Part shown: positions 54,672-64,000 of the stretch, in pieces
How the letters are laid out: each line of letters opens with the position of its first letter
Numbering within the stretch: the stretch's first letter is position 1
Virus genome (UHGV): UHGV-0214148
DNA length: 64,000 nucleotides
Source: a virus
Strand: one strand, 5' to 3'
Position numbers and translations under genes: made by a program
The notes under the pieces: generated by a model
The model's database searches: none
The model's input: the letters and a program-made list of their open reading frames with translations, nothing else
What the model was told of the DNA's origin: nothing

Positions 54672-56160
54672 TCTCTGTTCCTCGCATGGTAATAATGGTC
54701 GAGTTCAGCACCGTCAATAACACACGGGCTTCTACGTTCGGAATCAGTTTATTAATGTCATCGATAACACTCGGCGGTAACACCGGCTTATCCCACCACC
54801 AATCAGGAACGTCCCATTTCGGGAACAACCACTCAATTAATACTTTCGCTGCCTGTGGATATAACTGTAATGGCCAGAGGTTCATTCCACGCCAGTCAAA
54901 CATGACCGATTCGGTTAAGTAATAACCCTTATTTACTTTCAGGTCACGACCTTTAAGCGAAAACGTATTTCCTTCCCAATGGTAGAAACGCGGTTCGATA
55001 ATCTGTCCCTCTTCGAACAACTCGATACGGAAAACACCCGTCTGTCCTGTCGGGTCGATCGCACGACAATGTTCGATATACGGTAGCAACGCTTCGTTCC
55101 ATTCGTAAGGTAAATCTTCCGTAGACATCACCTTCGGCGATAACATGTTGTCCGGTTCAAAAACAACATCTGTACCGAAAATCGGTAAGAGTTTATCTTT
55201 AAGCGGGGAGTGCGTACGATGGAACTGTTCCGTGGGAGATAACAAATACGGGAGACGAATATACTGACGAGTTTCGTTAATCCACCAGGTTGAATCGAGA
55301 TTCTTCTGTTGTGGATGGCGGTAAACTAACTCCTCGTTAGATACCCACGGAGGATCTATCTCCGGCCAATATTCATCGGGCAGTGGTGTCTGATTGATGA
55401 TATACGGATACGATACCACAATCTCTTCAGGGCGCTGATAAGAGAAACGGATAACGAACGTTGCTTCCCAGTGGTTTTCATCTTTATCCCAAGCCGGTGT
55501 TTGAACGTCATATACCGTTTCTAAACGCGTAGGTGCGTAACGTACCGCAATGGTTTCCTGCCCCCCGGCAACATTGGCTGCACGAAATACGTCGGGCGTA
55601 AAATACGCTTTCAAATAAGCTTTAAAATCGTCAAACGTCGGTACTCGTGTTCCTGCAGCAACGTAGCAGGCATTCAACAACTTTAACGCGGGTTTAGGGA
55701 TATAATAGAACGCTTCTGACTCTGTCATGGTCGAATAACGGCCCATGTCCACTAATGAGTCTAAACGGTTCGTCCAGCGCAATAACTCATCACGTGAGGC
55801 ACTGGTACGTCGTAACGTTACTGTTACGTTATACATCGTTCTAACGGGCCAGGCGCGTACCTGATCGACACGGTTCTCAAAGAAGTACGGTTCAGCCTGC
55901 TGACCAACCTGACGATTGATTCTGGCCCACTCATCGCGTTCTTCTTCTACTTCAACGTAAACCTTTTCAGGTGAACTGTACTCTACTTCAGTACCGTCAC
56001 CTAAAGTAGAATCCGGTTGATGGGCGCTATTGAATTCATCGAGGAAAACAACCGCTGCTGTATCAATACCAGACTCATTAAGTACACGTTGTATAACGCC
56101 ATCGATTATTGGTTTGCGAATGGTCGCGTCTAACGACGGAATTTCAAAATACTGTTGCAT
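54652..56160 (-). CDS. hypothetical protein (502 aa)
   Basis: ORF track. Confidence 0.8.
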   Translation of the reverse strand: MQQYFEIPSLDATIRKPIIDGVIQRVLNESGIDTAAVVFLDEFNSAHQPDSTLGDGTEVEYSSPEKVYVEVEEERDEWARINRQVGQQAEPYFFENRVDQVRAWPVRTMYNVTVTLRRTSASRDELLRWTNRLDSLVDMGRYSTMTESEAFYYIPKPALKLLNACYVAAGTRVPTFDDFKAYLKAYFTPDVFRAANVAGGQETIAVRYAPTRLETVYDVQTPAWDKDENHWEATFVIRFSYQRPEEIVVSYPYIINQTPLPDEYWPEIDPPWVSNEELVYRHPQQKNLDSTWWINETRQYIRLPYLLSPTEQFHRTHSPLKDKLLPIFGTDVVFEPDNMLSPKVMSTEDLPYEWNEALLPYIEHCRAIDPTGQTGVFRIELFEEGQIIEPRFYHWEGNTFSLKGRDLKVNKGYYLTESVMFDWRGMNLWPLQLYPQAAKVLIEWLFPKWDVPDWWWDKPVLPPSVIDDINKLIPNVEARVLLTVLNSTIITMRGTENAQSEA

Positions 56161-56250
56161 TGGCTTGTTCCTTCGTTATAGTCATATCACAGGCGCGAAA
56201 TGAAAAAAAAAATAAAAGGGAACCGAAGCCCCCTTTTACGTTTAACCTGC

Positions 56251-56547
56251 CTATAACAGATAAGGTATACCTTCAAAGATAATCTCATCGTTAGCGAAGC
56301 CAACAGACGCTTCCTCACCCCCAGAGGTGGTTGCCCAAATCTCTGCCGCAAAACGCTGGTTGTTAATCAACAGCCCACGGTTGTTTTCGAACAACACTAT
56401 CAAGATCAACCTGACGCTTTTCTCTTGATGTAAACGGCGTATAAACGCGTGCTTTACAGGAGAAGGATACCAGGTGAAGCGCGCTATTTTCCCTTTCGCA
56501 ACTCTACCTAAAAAGAGCTTTTCTAAGGTTACAAACTCAGTGCCCAT
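56251..56547 (-). CDS. hypothetical protein (start revised to ATG 56547)
   Basis: ORF track start 56583 overlaps DHFR by 47 nt. Confidence 0.5.
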   Translation of the reverse strand: MGTEFVTLEKLFLGRVAKGKIARFTWYPSPVKHAFIRRLHQEKSVRLILIVLFENNRGLLINNQRFAAEIWATTSGGEEASVGFANDEIIFEGIPYLL

Positions 56548-57073
56548 CTCTTTTCCAAATCTGATAATGCCAACGCGGAACATCGCTATCCGGTTTGGAA
56601 GCGTGCGTTAAGTTATAAACCAGTCTAAACGTGTTACGATCGATTTCAGGAAAGAACGCATCCGCACCATCGACTTTAACTTCTACGCGTGACAAGTAAA
56701 TCTTATCCACGTAAGGTAACGCCTGATGGTAAATTTCTGCACCACCGATAATAAAGATTTCTTTAGGATAACCCTTTTTCTCAACCTCAGTTTTGAGGAA
56801 CTCAATAATCGAACCCATTTCACCCTTAAGGTTAAGCACCCCATCGATTTCGGGCACACCACCAGGTCTTCTCGTCAACACGACATGGTGACGATTAGGC
56901 AGGGGTTTATGCCCTAACGATTCCCATGTCTTGCTTCCCATCACGATAACCTTACCTGATGTAAGTGCCTTAAAATTCTTTAAGTCATCGGGAATACGCC
57001 ACGGTAATTTATTGTCTTTCCCAATTTCGTTATTCAACCCAGCAGCAGCTATCATCGAAACTGTAATTGTCAT
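56537..57073 (-). CDS. folA: dihydrofolate reductase
   Basis: MIAAAGLNNEIGKDNKLPW...VMGSKTWESLG...IGGAEIY matches the DHFR signature; true start is ATG at 57073 with GGAG RBS (ORF-track N-terminal extension rejected). Confidence 0.88.
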   Translation of the reverse strand: MTITVSMIAAAGLNNEIGKDNKLPWRIPDDLKNFKALTSGKVIVMGSKTWESLGHKPLPNRHHVVLTRRPGGVPEIDGVLNLKGEMGSIIEFLKTEVEKKGYPKEIFIIGGAEIYHQALPYVDKIYLSRVEVKVDGADAFFPEIDRNTFRLVYNLTHASKPDSDVPRWHYQIWKRDGH

Positions 57074-57375
57074 TTCTTTATCTCCAGTGAGCCTCTTAAA
57101 TGGCGTATAAAATCTTTTCGGGTATACCGACTCGTTTTGTACTGATCGGCTAAATGGTAAACGGTAACGTACCGCCCTTTGGCTTCCATATGCAAATGCG
57201 TTATATTGCCATCGTTCGTAGGGAGTGGTCTGATCAGAGGAATCATCAAATCCCCATTCCAACCAGGTTCATTAAGTCTCGGTATCAGTAATCGAATGTC
57301 TAGCCGTTTTACGCAGTACACCACATTACTTTCCGGCAACTTAACAACACATATCGCATCGGCTTTGAGTTTCAT
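57070..57375 (-). CDS. hypothetical protein (101 aa)
   Basis: ATGA overlap with DHFR start. Confidence 0.65.
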   Translation of the reverse strand: MKLKADAICVVKLPESNVVYCVKRLDIRLLIPRLNEPGWNGDLMIPLIRPLPTNDGNITHLHMEAKGRYVTVYHLADQYKTSRYTRKDFIRHLRGSLEIKK

Positions 57376-57377
57376 TT

Positions 57378-57977
57378 TTAACCTTCCTGGTATTGTCTAA
57401 TTCCGTAATCAGGTAGAATGTTTTCTACTGTGTTTTTCGGTACAACTGAAAGCTGGTTGTATAAATTCAACAAATCTTCACGCAGTAACTTCTGCTCGAT
57501 ATCAAGTTTATAACAAGCCAGTTCTTTTTCTAGCGGTTTAAGTAACACAACGCGTGTTTGAAAACCGTCAATAGGCTCAGGAACACGATAACCACGACGA
57601 CGGTAAAAGGTTTCCAGCTTCGAATAATCGCGAATGTATGTTTTCGTCAGTGTGGAATAACCTGCGTCTAACATAAACTTGTAGAACGGACGTAAAGCAA
57701 TGAAACGATCGTATTCCAGGTGTTCTGGAATATAGAATTCGTAATTGTTGTAAGTGAGCGTGGAGAGTTGAGAACCATTACAATGCGCACAGTTAATAAA
57801 AATAGCCAGTCCAATCATTACCGGACGTGGGACGATAAGGGTTTTATCGCCAAACCGAATACGAAAGATTTCCTGCTGTAAACTGGTTTCAGATACAACT
57901 TCAGCGTCTAAAATATTAAATTTGTTCATTTCTATTCTCCTAAAGGTCGAAAAAATAAAGCCCTCCGTAGAGGGCAT
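57378..57977 (-). CDS. hypothetical protein (199 aa)
   Basis: ORF track. Confidence 0.75.
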   Translation of the reverse strand: MPSTEGFIFSTFRRIEMNKFNILDAEVVSETSLQQEIFRIRFGDKTLIVPRPVMIGLAIFINCAHCNGSQLSTLTYNNYEFYIPEHLEYDRFIALRPFYKFMLDAGYSTLTKTYIRDYSKLETFYRRRGYRVPEPIDGFQTRVVLLKPLEKELACYKLDIEQKLLREDLLNLYNQLSVVPKNTVENILPDYGIRQYQEG

Positions 57978-57982
57978 TCTGA

Positions 57983-58624
57983 TTATAGAGCTTCGAAGAA
58001 ACGATCTACCGCCTGCGCAGCGGTAAGGTTAATCTGAATGAAAGTGCTTTCCTGTTCTGTTTCTTCGCTTGCTACCAGCGGGAGCAGCTTAAAGCCATCA
58101 CCTACTTCCAATACGCGCTCCACGATACGCGGTATGTCATTTAATCCAGATAGTGAACTGGTGACATCATCCATACGCATCTCGGCCGCATCATTCGCAA
58201 TACTGCAAACCAACTCTTCATTCGTAGGTTCAACAATACGAAAGTAGATAACGGTCGTAAAGAACTTATTCTCGCCTTCACAGATAGCAACATGCGAATC
58301 TTCAAAAGAGTAATATTTCACACCATCAAAAGTTCTGGTAACAACCGGGGTGTTGACATCTTTAAGCAAGCTGTTTAAAAGGGTCTGTGGCAAACGGCTC
58401 TGAATTTCTGTTTTATACACAAATTCACGTCGACCAACCTTCAGCACCTCTTCATCAAGACCCTTACAGCCAGCGTCTATAGCCCTTGCTAACCAAATCG
58501 AAATTGCAATAACTTCGGCTTGATACAACGATAAGACTCTTGCGTTTGGTGCCGCCATTACGAGTTTGTCGCCTTCAACAGAAAAGGCACATTCACAGAA
58601 GTCAGCTAAATTGTAACGTGTCAT
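57983..58624 (-). CDS. hypothetical protein (213 aa)
   Basis: ORF track; promoter-like motif upstream. Confidence 0.75.
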   Translation of the reverse strand: MTRYNLADFCECAFSVEGDKLVMAAPNARVLSLYQAEVIAISIWLARAIDAGCKGLDEEVLKVGRREFVYKTEIQSRLPQTLLNSLLKDVNTPVVTRTFDGVKYYSFEDSHVAICEGENKFFTTVIYFRIVEPTNEELVCSIANDAAEMRMDDVTSSLSGLNDIPRIVERVLEVGDGFKLLPLVASEETEQESTFIQINLTAAQAVDRFFEAL

Positions 58625-58673
58625 GATAATTCTCCTAAACGTAATAAACAGGTCGTTAAAAGATTACATTGTA

Positions 58674-58700
58674 ATCTCACTAAGGTAATATCTATCTGAG
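58674..58700 (-). promoter_or_regulatory. conserved promoter-like motif copy 4 (degenerate)
   Basis: CTCAGATAGATATTACCTTAGTGAGAT upstream of 57983..58624. Confidence 0.45.
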
Positions 58701-58714
58701 ATTATTTTTAATGC

Positions 58715-58760
58715 GAAAAAAAAAAGAAAGGGGAGAACCACCCCATTACAGGGTGGTTCT
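58715..58760 (-). terminator. intrinsic terminator after paralog A virion gene
   Basis: AGAACCACCC-CATTACA-GGGTGGTTCT + T10. Confidence 0.65.
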
Positions 58761-58779
58761 CTTACTAAACAATCAGGGA

Positions 58780-60069
58780 TTATTTAGATTTTTCGTAAGC
58801 AGCGATACCTGCGGAGATATAGCCGTTCAGACCGCCAGCCAGATGTTTCTGAGTAGAGGCAATAACTTTCTCGCCCAGAGACACTGCCTGGTTAATGCTG
58901 TTGATGTAACGACGTGCGGTACGTACAGATTCGGTCAGTTCCGGTTTTTCGTCGATCTTCACGCTGTCGATTTCTTTCAGCAGCTTCTCAATCTGCTGAC
59001 TGAATTTCTCGCGAGCCTGTTCGGTCTTACGATATTCCAGAACGTTCTTCTCAATCTGTTTACCCACTTCGTTGAAGAAGGCATTGGTCTTAGCCAGTTC
59101 GCTAACAGACGGAGTTTTAACGTTGGTTTCAGCACGGTTTTCAGCTTCCACGTAGCTGGAGCTAAAGCCGCCTTCTTCGTCATATTCCATCTTCAGCGCC
59201 ATGTTACCAAGTTTGAACTTGTTAACGTCTTCTTTGGCCAGAGCAGCGAAGTCTGCTTTCAGTTTATCAACTTTAGCGCCATCGCCTTTAACAACGTTAC
59301 CAACCAAATCCGTACCGTTGTTCAGGAAGCTCTGAACGTTACCACTGTAGTAGGTGGAAACGTGGTTCAGGATATTCTTCAGGCGCACCAGATCGTCACC
59401 AACGAATTTACCGTCGACGGACAGAGACTTGATGAAGCCACCAGAGATTTCATCTTTCTTCTGTTTGCCCAGCTTACGAATAGCTTCGTCGTATTTCTTA
59501 GAACGGGCCTGGATGGATTTACCCTGGTTGGAGAATTTCAGCCAACGATCTTTGATCTTACGGCCTTGTTCTTTCAGCCATTCCCAAATACGTTTCAGGA
59601 AGGCTTTAATGTCTTCCCACAGGGATTCACGAGCAACCTGACGACGGTTACGAGAACCGTAGGATTCGTGAGCAACAGAAGAACGGTGTTCGAAGTTCCA
59701 ACGAGAACGGATAGATTCCTGAGCAACGTCCAGCGCAGTCGCAGCGTCGTCCGGCATATCTTCTTCGGCGTCCATCGGTTCTTCACCGTCTTCGCCAGCA
59801 CCTTCACCGTCAGCAGCAGCCTGAGCTTCATCCAGAACTTCCAGCTGAGCATCAGTTTCGTCACCGTCTTCTGCCAGCAGTTCAGCGTCAGCGTCCAGGG
59901 CTTCGATCGGTTTGGTATCATGCTCGATATCGGCCAGAGTACCTTCAACAGATTCTGCTGGCAGTTCGATGCCGTCTGGAACTACAGTGGCAGTAGCTTC
60001 CATCGATTCACGAGCGGCGCGAGTTTTTGCGAAATTTGCCATTTTAAGCTTTTCCTCTAAGGGGAACAC
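58780..60069 (-). CDS. highly expressed virion-associated protein, paralog A (429 aa)
   Basis: Host-optimal codon usage; first 16 aa (MANFAKTRAARESMEA) identical to paralog B and C-terminus conserved (GLNGY..AGI.AY.KSK). Confidence 0.85.
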   Translation of the reverse strand: MFPLEEKLKMANFAKTRAARESMEATATVVPDGIELPAESVEGTLADIEHDTKPIEALDADAELLAEDGDETDAQLEVLDEAQAAADGEGAGEDGEEPMDAEEDMPDDAATALDVAQESIRSRWNFEHRSSVAHESYGSRNRRQVARESLWEDIKAFLKRIWEWLKEQGRKIKDRWLKFSNQGKSIQARSKKYDEAIRKLGKQKKDEISGGFIKSLSVDGKFVGDDLVRLKNILNHVSTYYSGNVQSFLNNGTDLVGNVVKGDGAKVDKLKADFAALAKEDVNKFKLGNMALKMEYDEEGGFSSSYVEAENRAETNVKTPSVSELAKTNAFFNEVGKQIEKNVLEYRKTEQAREKFSQQIEKLLKEIDSVKIDEKPELTESVRTARRYINSINQAVSLGEKVIASTQKHLAGGLNGYISAGIAAYEKSK

Positions 60070-60118
60070 GTCGTTCCCCTATTGATTTATTTCAAGAACT
60101 GTACGAGCGTAAGTCTAA

Positions 60119-61390
60119 TTATTTAGACTTTTTGTACGCGCCGATACCAGCACCCAGGTAACCGTTCAGACCGCTAATGACGGTGTTAGCTACGTAGCTA
60201 ACGGCACGGTTCAGGGTCTGGTAGTTCTTCACAGACTGATCAGCAGCTTGACGTGCATTACGCAGTCCTTCCCACTTACTCTCGTCTTTTTCGTTGTTCA
60301 GCGCGTTGGACGCTTTTTCAGCAGCCTGTTGCAGTTTCACGATTTCAGAATCGTAAGCACGGAAATCTTTCAGTACGGCTTCGAAGCCTTTACCGATTGC
60401 TTCCAGAGCAGATGCTGCGCCAGCCATTTCAGAAACAGACGGAGTAGCCACTTCTTTATCGTCAGAAGCGTCACCGGTGCTCATGAAAGCAATTGCGGTG
60501 AACTTGTGGCCGCCAGCCAGTTCTTTAGTACCAGCCTGAACGTAAGCGTTGCCCGGCAGTGCCAGCAGTTTAGACGCATCACCATTTTCAAAGTTCGGCA
60601 GAGAATGCAGTTTAGACGCTGCTTTACCAAACAGTTCTACCGGCTGATCGCCACGCATTGCTTTGAATGCGTCATCGTCACCTTTGGTAACAGCGGTCAC
60701 AGCTTCACCGGCTTGTTTTTCCAGTGCACCGATAGCACCTTTCGCTTTACCTGCGGTAACTTCTTTAGCGATGGCAATAGAGCCAGCAGCATCGAATTTA
60801 CCTTCGATGGACAGTTTGGTGATAAAGCCACCAGAAATGTTGTCTTTATCTTGTTTGCCCAGCTTGCGGATCATTTCCTGATATTTCTTCGCACGTTTCT
60901 GCGCGGTCTTACCGACGTTGAAATATTTCAGTTTCAGGTCTTTGATCTTCGCGATCACTTCTTTACAGAACTGAATGAAGCGCTCGTAAAGACCCTTCAG
61001 GGTTTCTTTCCAACCTTCCTGGGCAGCAGCAGTCATGCCACGACCACGGCGATAGGATTCGCGAGCCAGTTTAGTGCGCTCCAGGTTCCAACGACGTGCG
61101 ATGGATTCCTGTGCCACTTCGTGCAGGGCAACCGCTTCTTCCGGCATTTCTTCACCGTTAGCAACGGCTTCTTCCGCCTGTTCGATAGCGTCTTCAGTAC
61201 GCTCGGTATCGGCAGCCAGGGTTTCACCGTCGGTTTCCAGCTGATCGAGCTGACCGTCGATAGATGCTACGTCCGCAAGTTGGACGTCCAGGTTCTCTTC
61301 TGCCGGTTCAACGTTGCTGATACCGTCGATTACTTCATCGGCCGCTTCCATCGATTCACGAGCGGCGCGAGTTTTTGCGAAATTTGCCAT
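60119..61390 (-). CDS. highly expressed virion-associated protein, paralog B (423 aa)
   Basis: As paralog A. Confidence 0.85.
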   Translation of the reverse strand: MANFAKTRAARESMEAADEVIDGISNVEPAEENLDVQLADVASIDGQLDQLETDGETLAADTERTEDAIEQAEEAVANGEEMPEEAVALHEVAQESIARRWNLERTKLARESYRRGRGMTAAAQEGWKETLKGLYERFIQFCKEVIAKIKDLKLKYFNVGKTAQKRAKKYQEMIRKLGKQDKDNISGGFITKLSIEGKFDAAGSIAIAKEVTAGKAKGAIGALEKQAGEAVTAVTKGDDDAFKAMRGDQPVELFGKAASKLHSLPNFENGDASKLLALPGNAYVQAGTKELAGGHKFTAIAFMSTGDASDDKEVATPSVSEMAGAASALEAIGKGFEAVLKDFRAYDSEIVKLQQAAEKASNALNNEKDESKWEGLRNARQAADQSVKNYQTLNRAVSYVANTVISGLNGYLGAGIGAYKKSK

Positions 61391-61449
61391 TTCGTTTATT
61401 TCCTTTGGTTATATAACCCAATTACACGCCCCTAGAATGAGGGGCCCCC

Positions 61450-62010
61450 TTAGGGACGTGCGATTTTCAAAAACACTGCTAACGACGAGATCATGTCGGA
61501 CAACCCGTTCGGGCGCGTCATCCAGCGTGCCAGCAGTTCATGGTCTGCATAAGATAAAAGACGTTTGCTACACTCAACAGATTGGTGAGCGGAGCCCATA
61601 TTACGTACAGTACCTCGGCGACCAAACGCAGCAGCTAACAGACGCGAGCCTAATGCACCCGTCTGTTCAACATTCTTCGTGTTACGAACATCGTTCATAT
61701 ACGACGACAGCAAAGTCGACCACTGCCCTAACGTCACATTACGTCGCTTACCATCCAGCAGGAAGGCTACGCTTTCGTTATAAAACGTATTAAAGGTAAA
61801 TCCGACCTGCGGATATTCGTCATATAATACCTGCTGCAATGAGTCAGCAGCCATCAGACGAAAGTACGGTAAAATAACGGCGGCGGCTTCCAGTGTTTTG
61901 TGAATAACCTCGTCATCGTGTGTGTCGATTGGGTTTTTCGATAAAATCGACATGTAGGATTTAATGCGCTCTACAGCAACATTAAATTCTGGACTATCGT
62001 GCTCAAACAT
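61450..62010 (-). CDS. hypothetical protein (186 aa)
   Basis: ORF track. Confidence 0.75.
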   Translation of the reverse strand: MFEHDSPEFNVAVERIKSYMSILSKNPIDTHDDEVIHKTLEAAAVILPYFRLMAADSLQQVLYDEYPQVGFTFNTFYNESVAFLLDGKRRNVTLGQWSTLLSSYMNDVRNTKNVEQTGALGSRLLAAAFGRRGTVRNMGSAHQSVECSKRLLSYADHELLARWMTRPNGLSDMISSLAVFLKIARP

Positions 62011-62027
62011 TCGCCTCTCCTAACGGT

Positions 62028-62963
62028 TTACGCTAAACCGTATTTCTTTTCAAGACGCTCACGCTTGTGCTTGAGTTCCATCAGATGCTTTTCACTGATT
62101 TCAATCAGTTTCTCAATGTGGGCATCACCCTTACCTTCTGCGACTTGCTTTTTGTAAAGTAAGATACGCAGTTCCGCCGCTTTCGCCGCTTCTACACACT
62201 CGTCGTACTTATCCATCTGCCGTTCAGCGATATTCAAACGTACGCGCAATATCAGCGAGATTGGGAACGGTACACTGCTCATTCCCAGTGGGTCAACGGA
62301 GCTCGAACCGAACTGTTGCGCCAACTCACCGTAAGTTTCGTCGTTAAAGATCGCTTCAGGAATTTCCGCATAATCCGCTTTCAGTTTATTCAGCGGCGTT
62401 GCCAGCACACGGACAGCAATGCAGTAAGAAATAGAACGAGTATTGAGGTATTGAAGGTCATTCGGACCGACGCCTTTTACTTCAATATTCGAGCCTTCTA
62501 CGGCGGCTATTTCTTCTGCGGTTACGTAGTTAAGTAAGGTGGCACTGTAACCTGTAAAGAAGTCAATCAGGTCAAGCAGTCTGAGCACCGTTAATTTATT
62601 AAACGTCATTGAAGACGTGACTAACGCTTTACCAATGTCACGCGTAATACATTGGTCTAAGAAAGAACGCAATTGTAGCGTGTTTTCCATCGAGGCAACG
62701 ATGTATTCCAGCATCGAAGGATTACGGAGACCTTTGGCTTCCAGACCGGAATTCCGCAGGTATTTAACCAAATCATCCGACATGTCCTGCACCGTTTTCG
62801 ATTTAAACGGCTTGCCTTCTTTCGACGCTACCAGCTCTTGCAGAGACTGGAAACGCGGTAAAAGTTGTTCACCAATCGCATCACAGTTTGATGAGAGTTG
62901 GTTTTTCAAGTTTGTTGCTTCAAAGCTCGGCAACAACATAGCGAGCATATTCGGGATTGCCAT
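62028..62963 (-). CDS. hypothetical protein (311 aa)
   Basis: ORF track. Confidence 0.75.
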   Translation of the reverse strand: MAIPNMLAMLLPSFEATNLKNQLSSNCDAIGEQLLPRFQSLQELVASKEGKPFKSKTVQDMSDDLVKYLRNSGLEAKGLRNPSMLEYIVASMENTLQLRSFLDQCITRDIGKALVTSSMTFNKLTVLRLLDLIDFFTGYSATLLNYVTAEEIAAVEGSNIEVKGVGPNDLQYLNTRSISYCIAVRVLATPLNKLKADYAEIPEAIFNDETYGELAQQFGSSSVDPLGMSSVPFPISLILRVRLNIAERQMDKYDECVEAAKAAELRILLYKKQVAEGKGDAHIEKLIEISEKHLMELKHKRERLEKKYGLA

Positions 62964-62973
62964 GCCTTACCCC

Positions 62974-63999
62974 TTAAAGAACTGGCTGAGCGCCAGAGCG
63001 ATACGCTTCGATGATTTTATTTACATCGGCGCTACCAGACTTCGATTTACTAAAGTCAGATTTATCGAGTTCCTGAGAGCCGTTCTGACCACGGGTATAA
63101 ATAGTGACACGATTCCAGGTGGTGTCCACAACAACATAGTAGACGGTCAAGGTGTCTTTGAATACACGTTGACGGATATTGAAATCGTCGAATTCGCCAC
63201 CTAGCTGTGCGGTCAAACCGTCGATGGTGTCTTGAGAAACCACCATGACGGAAGATGCGTTATTGATAGACGGTGCCAGAGACAGCAAACCAGACAACCA
63301 GTTACCGTTCTTCTTCTCCATCATCTTACGGTAATAACCGGACTTATCGCGATAACGGTTCTTACGATATTCTTCTACCAGGTCGTTACAGAACGCGATG
63401 TCTTTTACGTAACTCAACGCACCAACACGTGCACGCAGCCAACGTTCCCAGAATGTTTTCGTCTGGTCACTGAACGCAATCAGCGTTTCAATTTGTTCGG
63501 TCGGTAAGGATTTCACATCCAAACGTAGGCGCATTGGGAGTTCGACTTTATTACCGTCACGTTCGAATGTTACTGAGAACATTTTCCCGTTGGACAACCC
63601 TTCTTGATCGAAAAGCAGTTTAATCGGTTCACCTTTCCCGCCACTGACCGAACCTTTTGATTCCTGGGCGACCCGTCGGGCAGATTCGCCGACTGCAATG
63701 CCGATTTTATCGTATGATGGTAAACCATAACGGGCAGATTCGCCGACTGCAAGCGCTGCTAAGCGGGAACCGCTGCGGACTGCGTTATCAAGTGCACTAC
63801 GACGTGTGCTGACCTGATCCAGGGTACCGATAATGTCAACATCCGGTACACCGGTTAACAGTGAGATAGCCGTTAATTGGTTTCCTGCCAGCAAAATTTG
63901 GATTTTCTCCAGAATTCCCGGAAGGTAATCTAAACCCAGCAGGCTTTGTTCGACTAAGGTAATGTGCTCGTTATAGAGCACTGAGTTAAATTCCTCCAT
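62974..63999 (-). CDS. hypothetical protein (341 aa) with internal 22-bp in-frame direct repeat
   Basis: ORF track; repeat cgggcagattcgccgactgcaa at 63677..63698 and 63731..63752. Confidence 0.8.
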   Translation of the reverse strand: MEEFNSVLYNEHITLVEQSLLGLDYLPGILEKIQILLAGNQLTAISLLTGVPDVDIIGTLDQVSTRRSALDNAVRSGSRLAALAVGESARYGLPSYDKIGIAVGESARRVAQESKGSVSGGKGEPIKLLFDQEGLSNGKMFSVTFERDGNKVELPMRLRLDVKSLPTEQIETLIAFSDQTKTFWERWLRARVGALSYVKDIAFCNDLVEEYRKNRYRDKSGYYRKMMEKKNGNWLSGLLSLAPSINNASSVMVVSQDTIDGLTAQLGGEFDDFNIRQRVFKDTLTVYYVVVDTTWNRVTIYTRGQNGSQELDKSDFSKSKSGSADVNKIIEAYRSGAQPVL

Positions 64000-64000
64000 C

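Noticed and set aside
57074-57262. 63-codon N-terminal extension of the DHFR ORF
   Set aside because: DHFR homology begins at the internal ATG (57073), which has a GGAG RBS; the extension overlaps the upstream gene.
58711-61435. Plus-strand ORFs 58711..60060 and 60248..61435 (449 and 395 aa)
   Set aside because: Same antisense artefact within the two codon-optimised paralogous virion genes.
63677-63752. 22-bp direct repeat pair as a possible recombination or regulatory site
   Set aside because: Lies in-frame within a CDS, 54 nt apart, encoding a duplicated AVGESAR peptide; most simply an internal coding duplication.
1-64000. Prophage or mobile-element boundaries, integrase or transposase
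   Set aside because: No recombinase-like ORF, att-like duplication or host-type genes seen; gene content and terminator/promoter periodicity are uniformly phage-like.

Overview
This window reads as a densely packed segment of a large virulent tailed bacteriophage, with about 80 CDSs almost all on the minus strand and only two plus-strand genes (35434..38151 and 46405..47967). The host looks enterobacterial, because the putative major virion genes use E. coli-optimal codons. No tRNA, rRNA, CRISPR array, integrase or transposase was recognised by eye. Recognisable products are a Dam N6-adenine methyltransferase translationally coupled to a GNAT-domain protein, two further GNAT acetyltransferases, thymidylate kinase, dihydrofolate reductase, a RuvC-like resolvase with a poly-Arg tail, and an HTH protein. 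There is a duplicated receptor-binding module: a 1479-aa long tail fibre with repeats and a C-terminal S74-type intramolecular chaperone, a 706-aa tailspike with a GQSN-type esterase domain, paired paralogous accessory proteins, two gp38-like adhesin paralogs and an embedded lipoprotein. Three genes (43560..45854, 58780..60069, 60119..61390) stand out as codon-optimised, probably abundant virion proteins. Regulatory structure is rich: about 20 intrinsic terminator hairpins and a conserved ~35-bp promoter-like motif in 7 copies. The most unusual signals are three G/C homopolymer tracts of 9-10 nt clustered in the tail-fibre region, one of which sits right after the start codon of an adhesin paralog and puts it out of frame by one G (candidate phase-variable receptor-binding protein), and a tandem array of four small paralogous genes separated by structured elements showing compensatory base changes. 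All functional calls are from motif recognition by eye; no database search was run.
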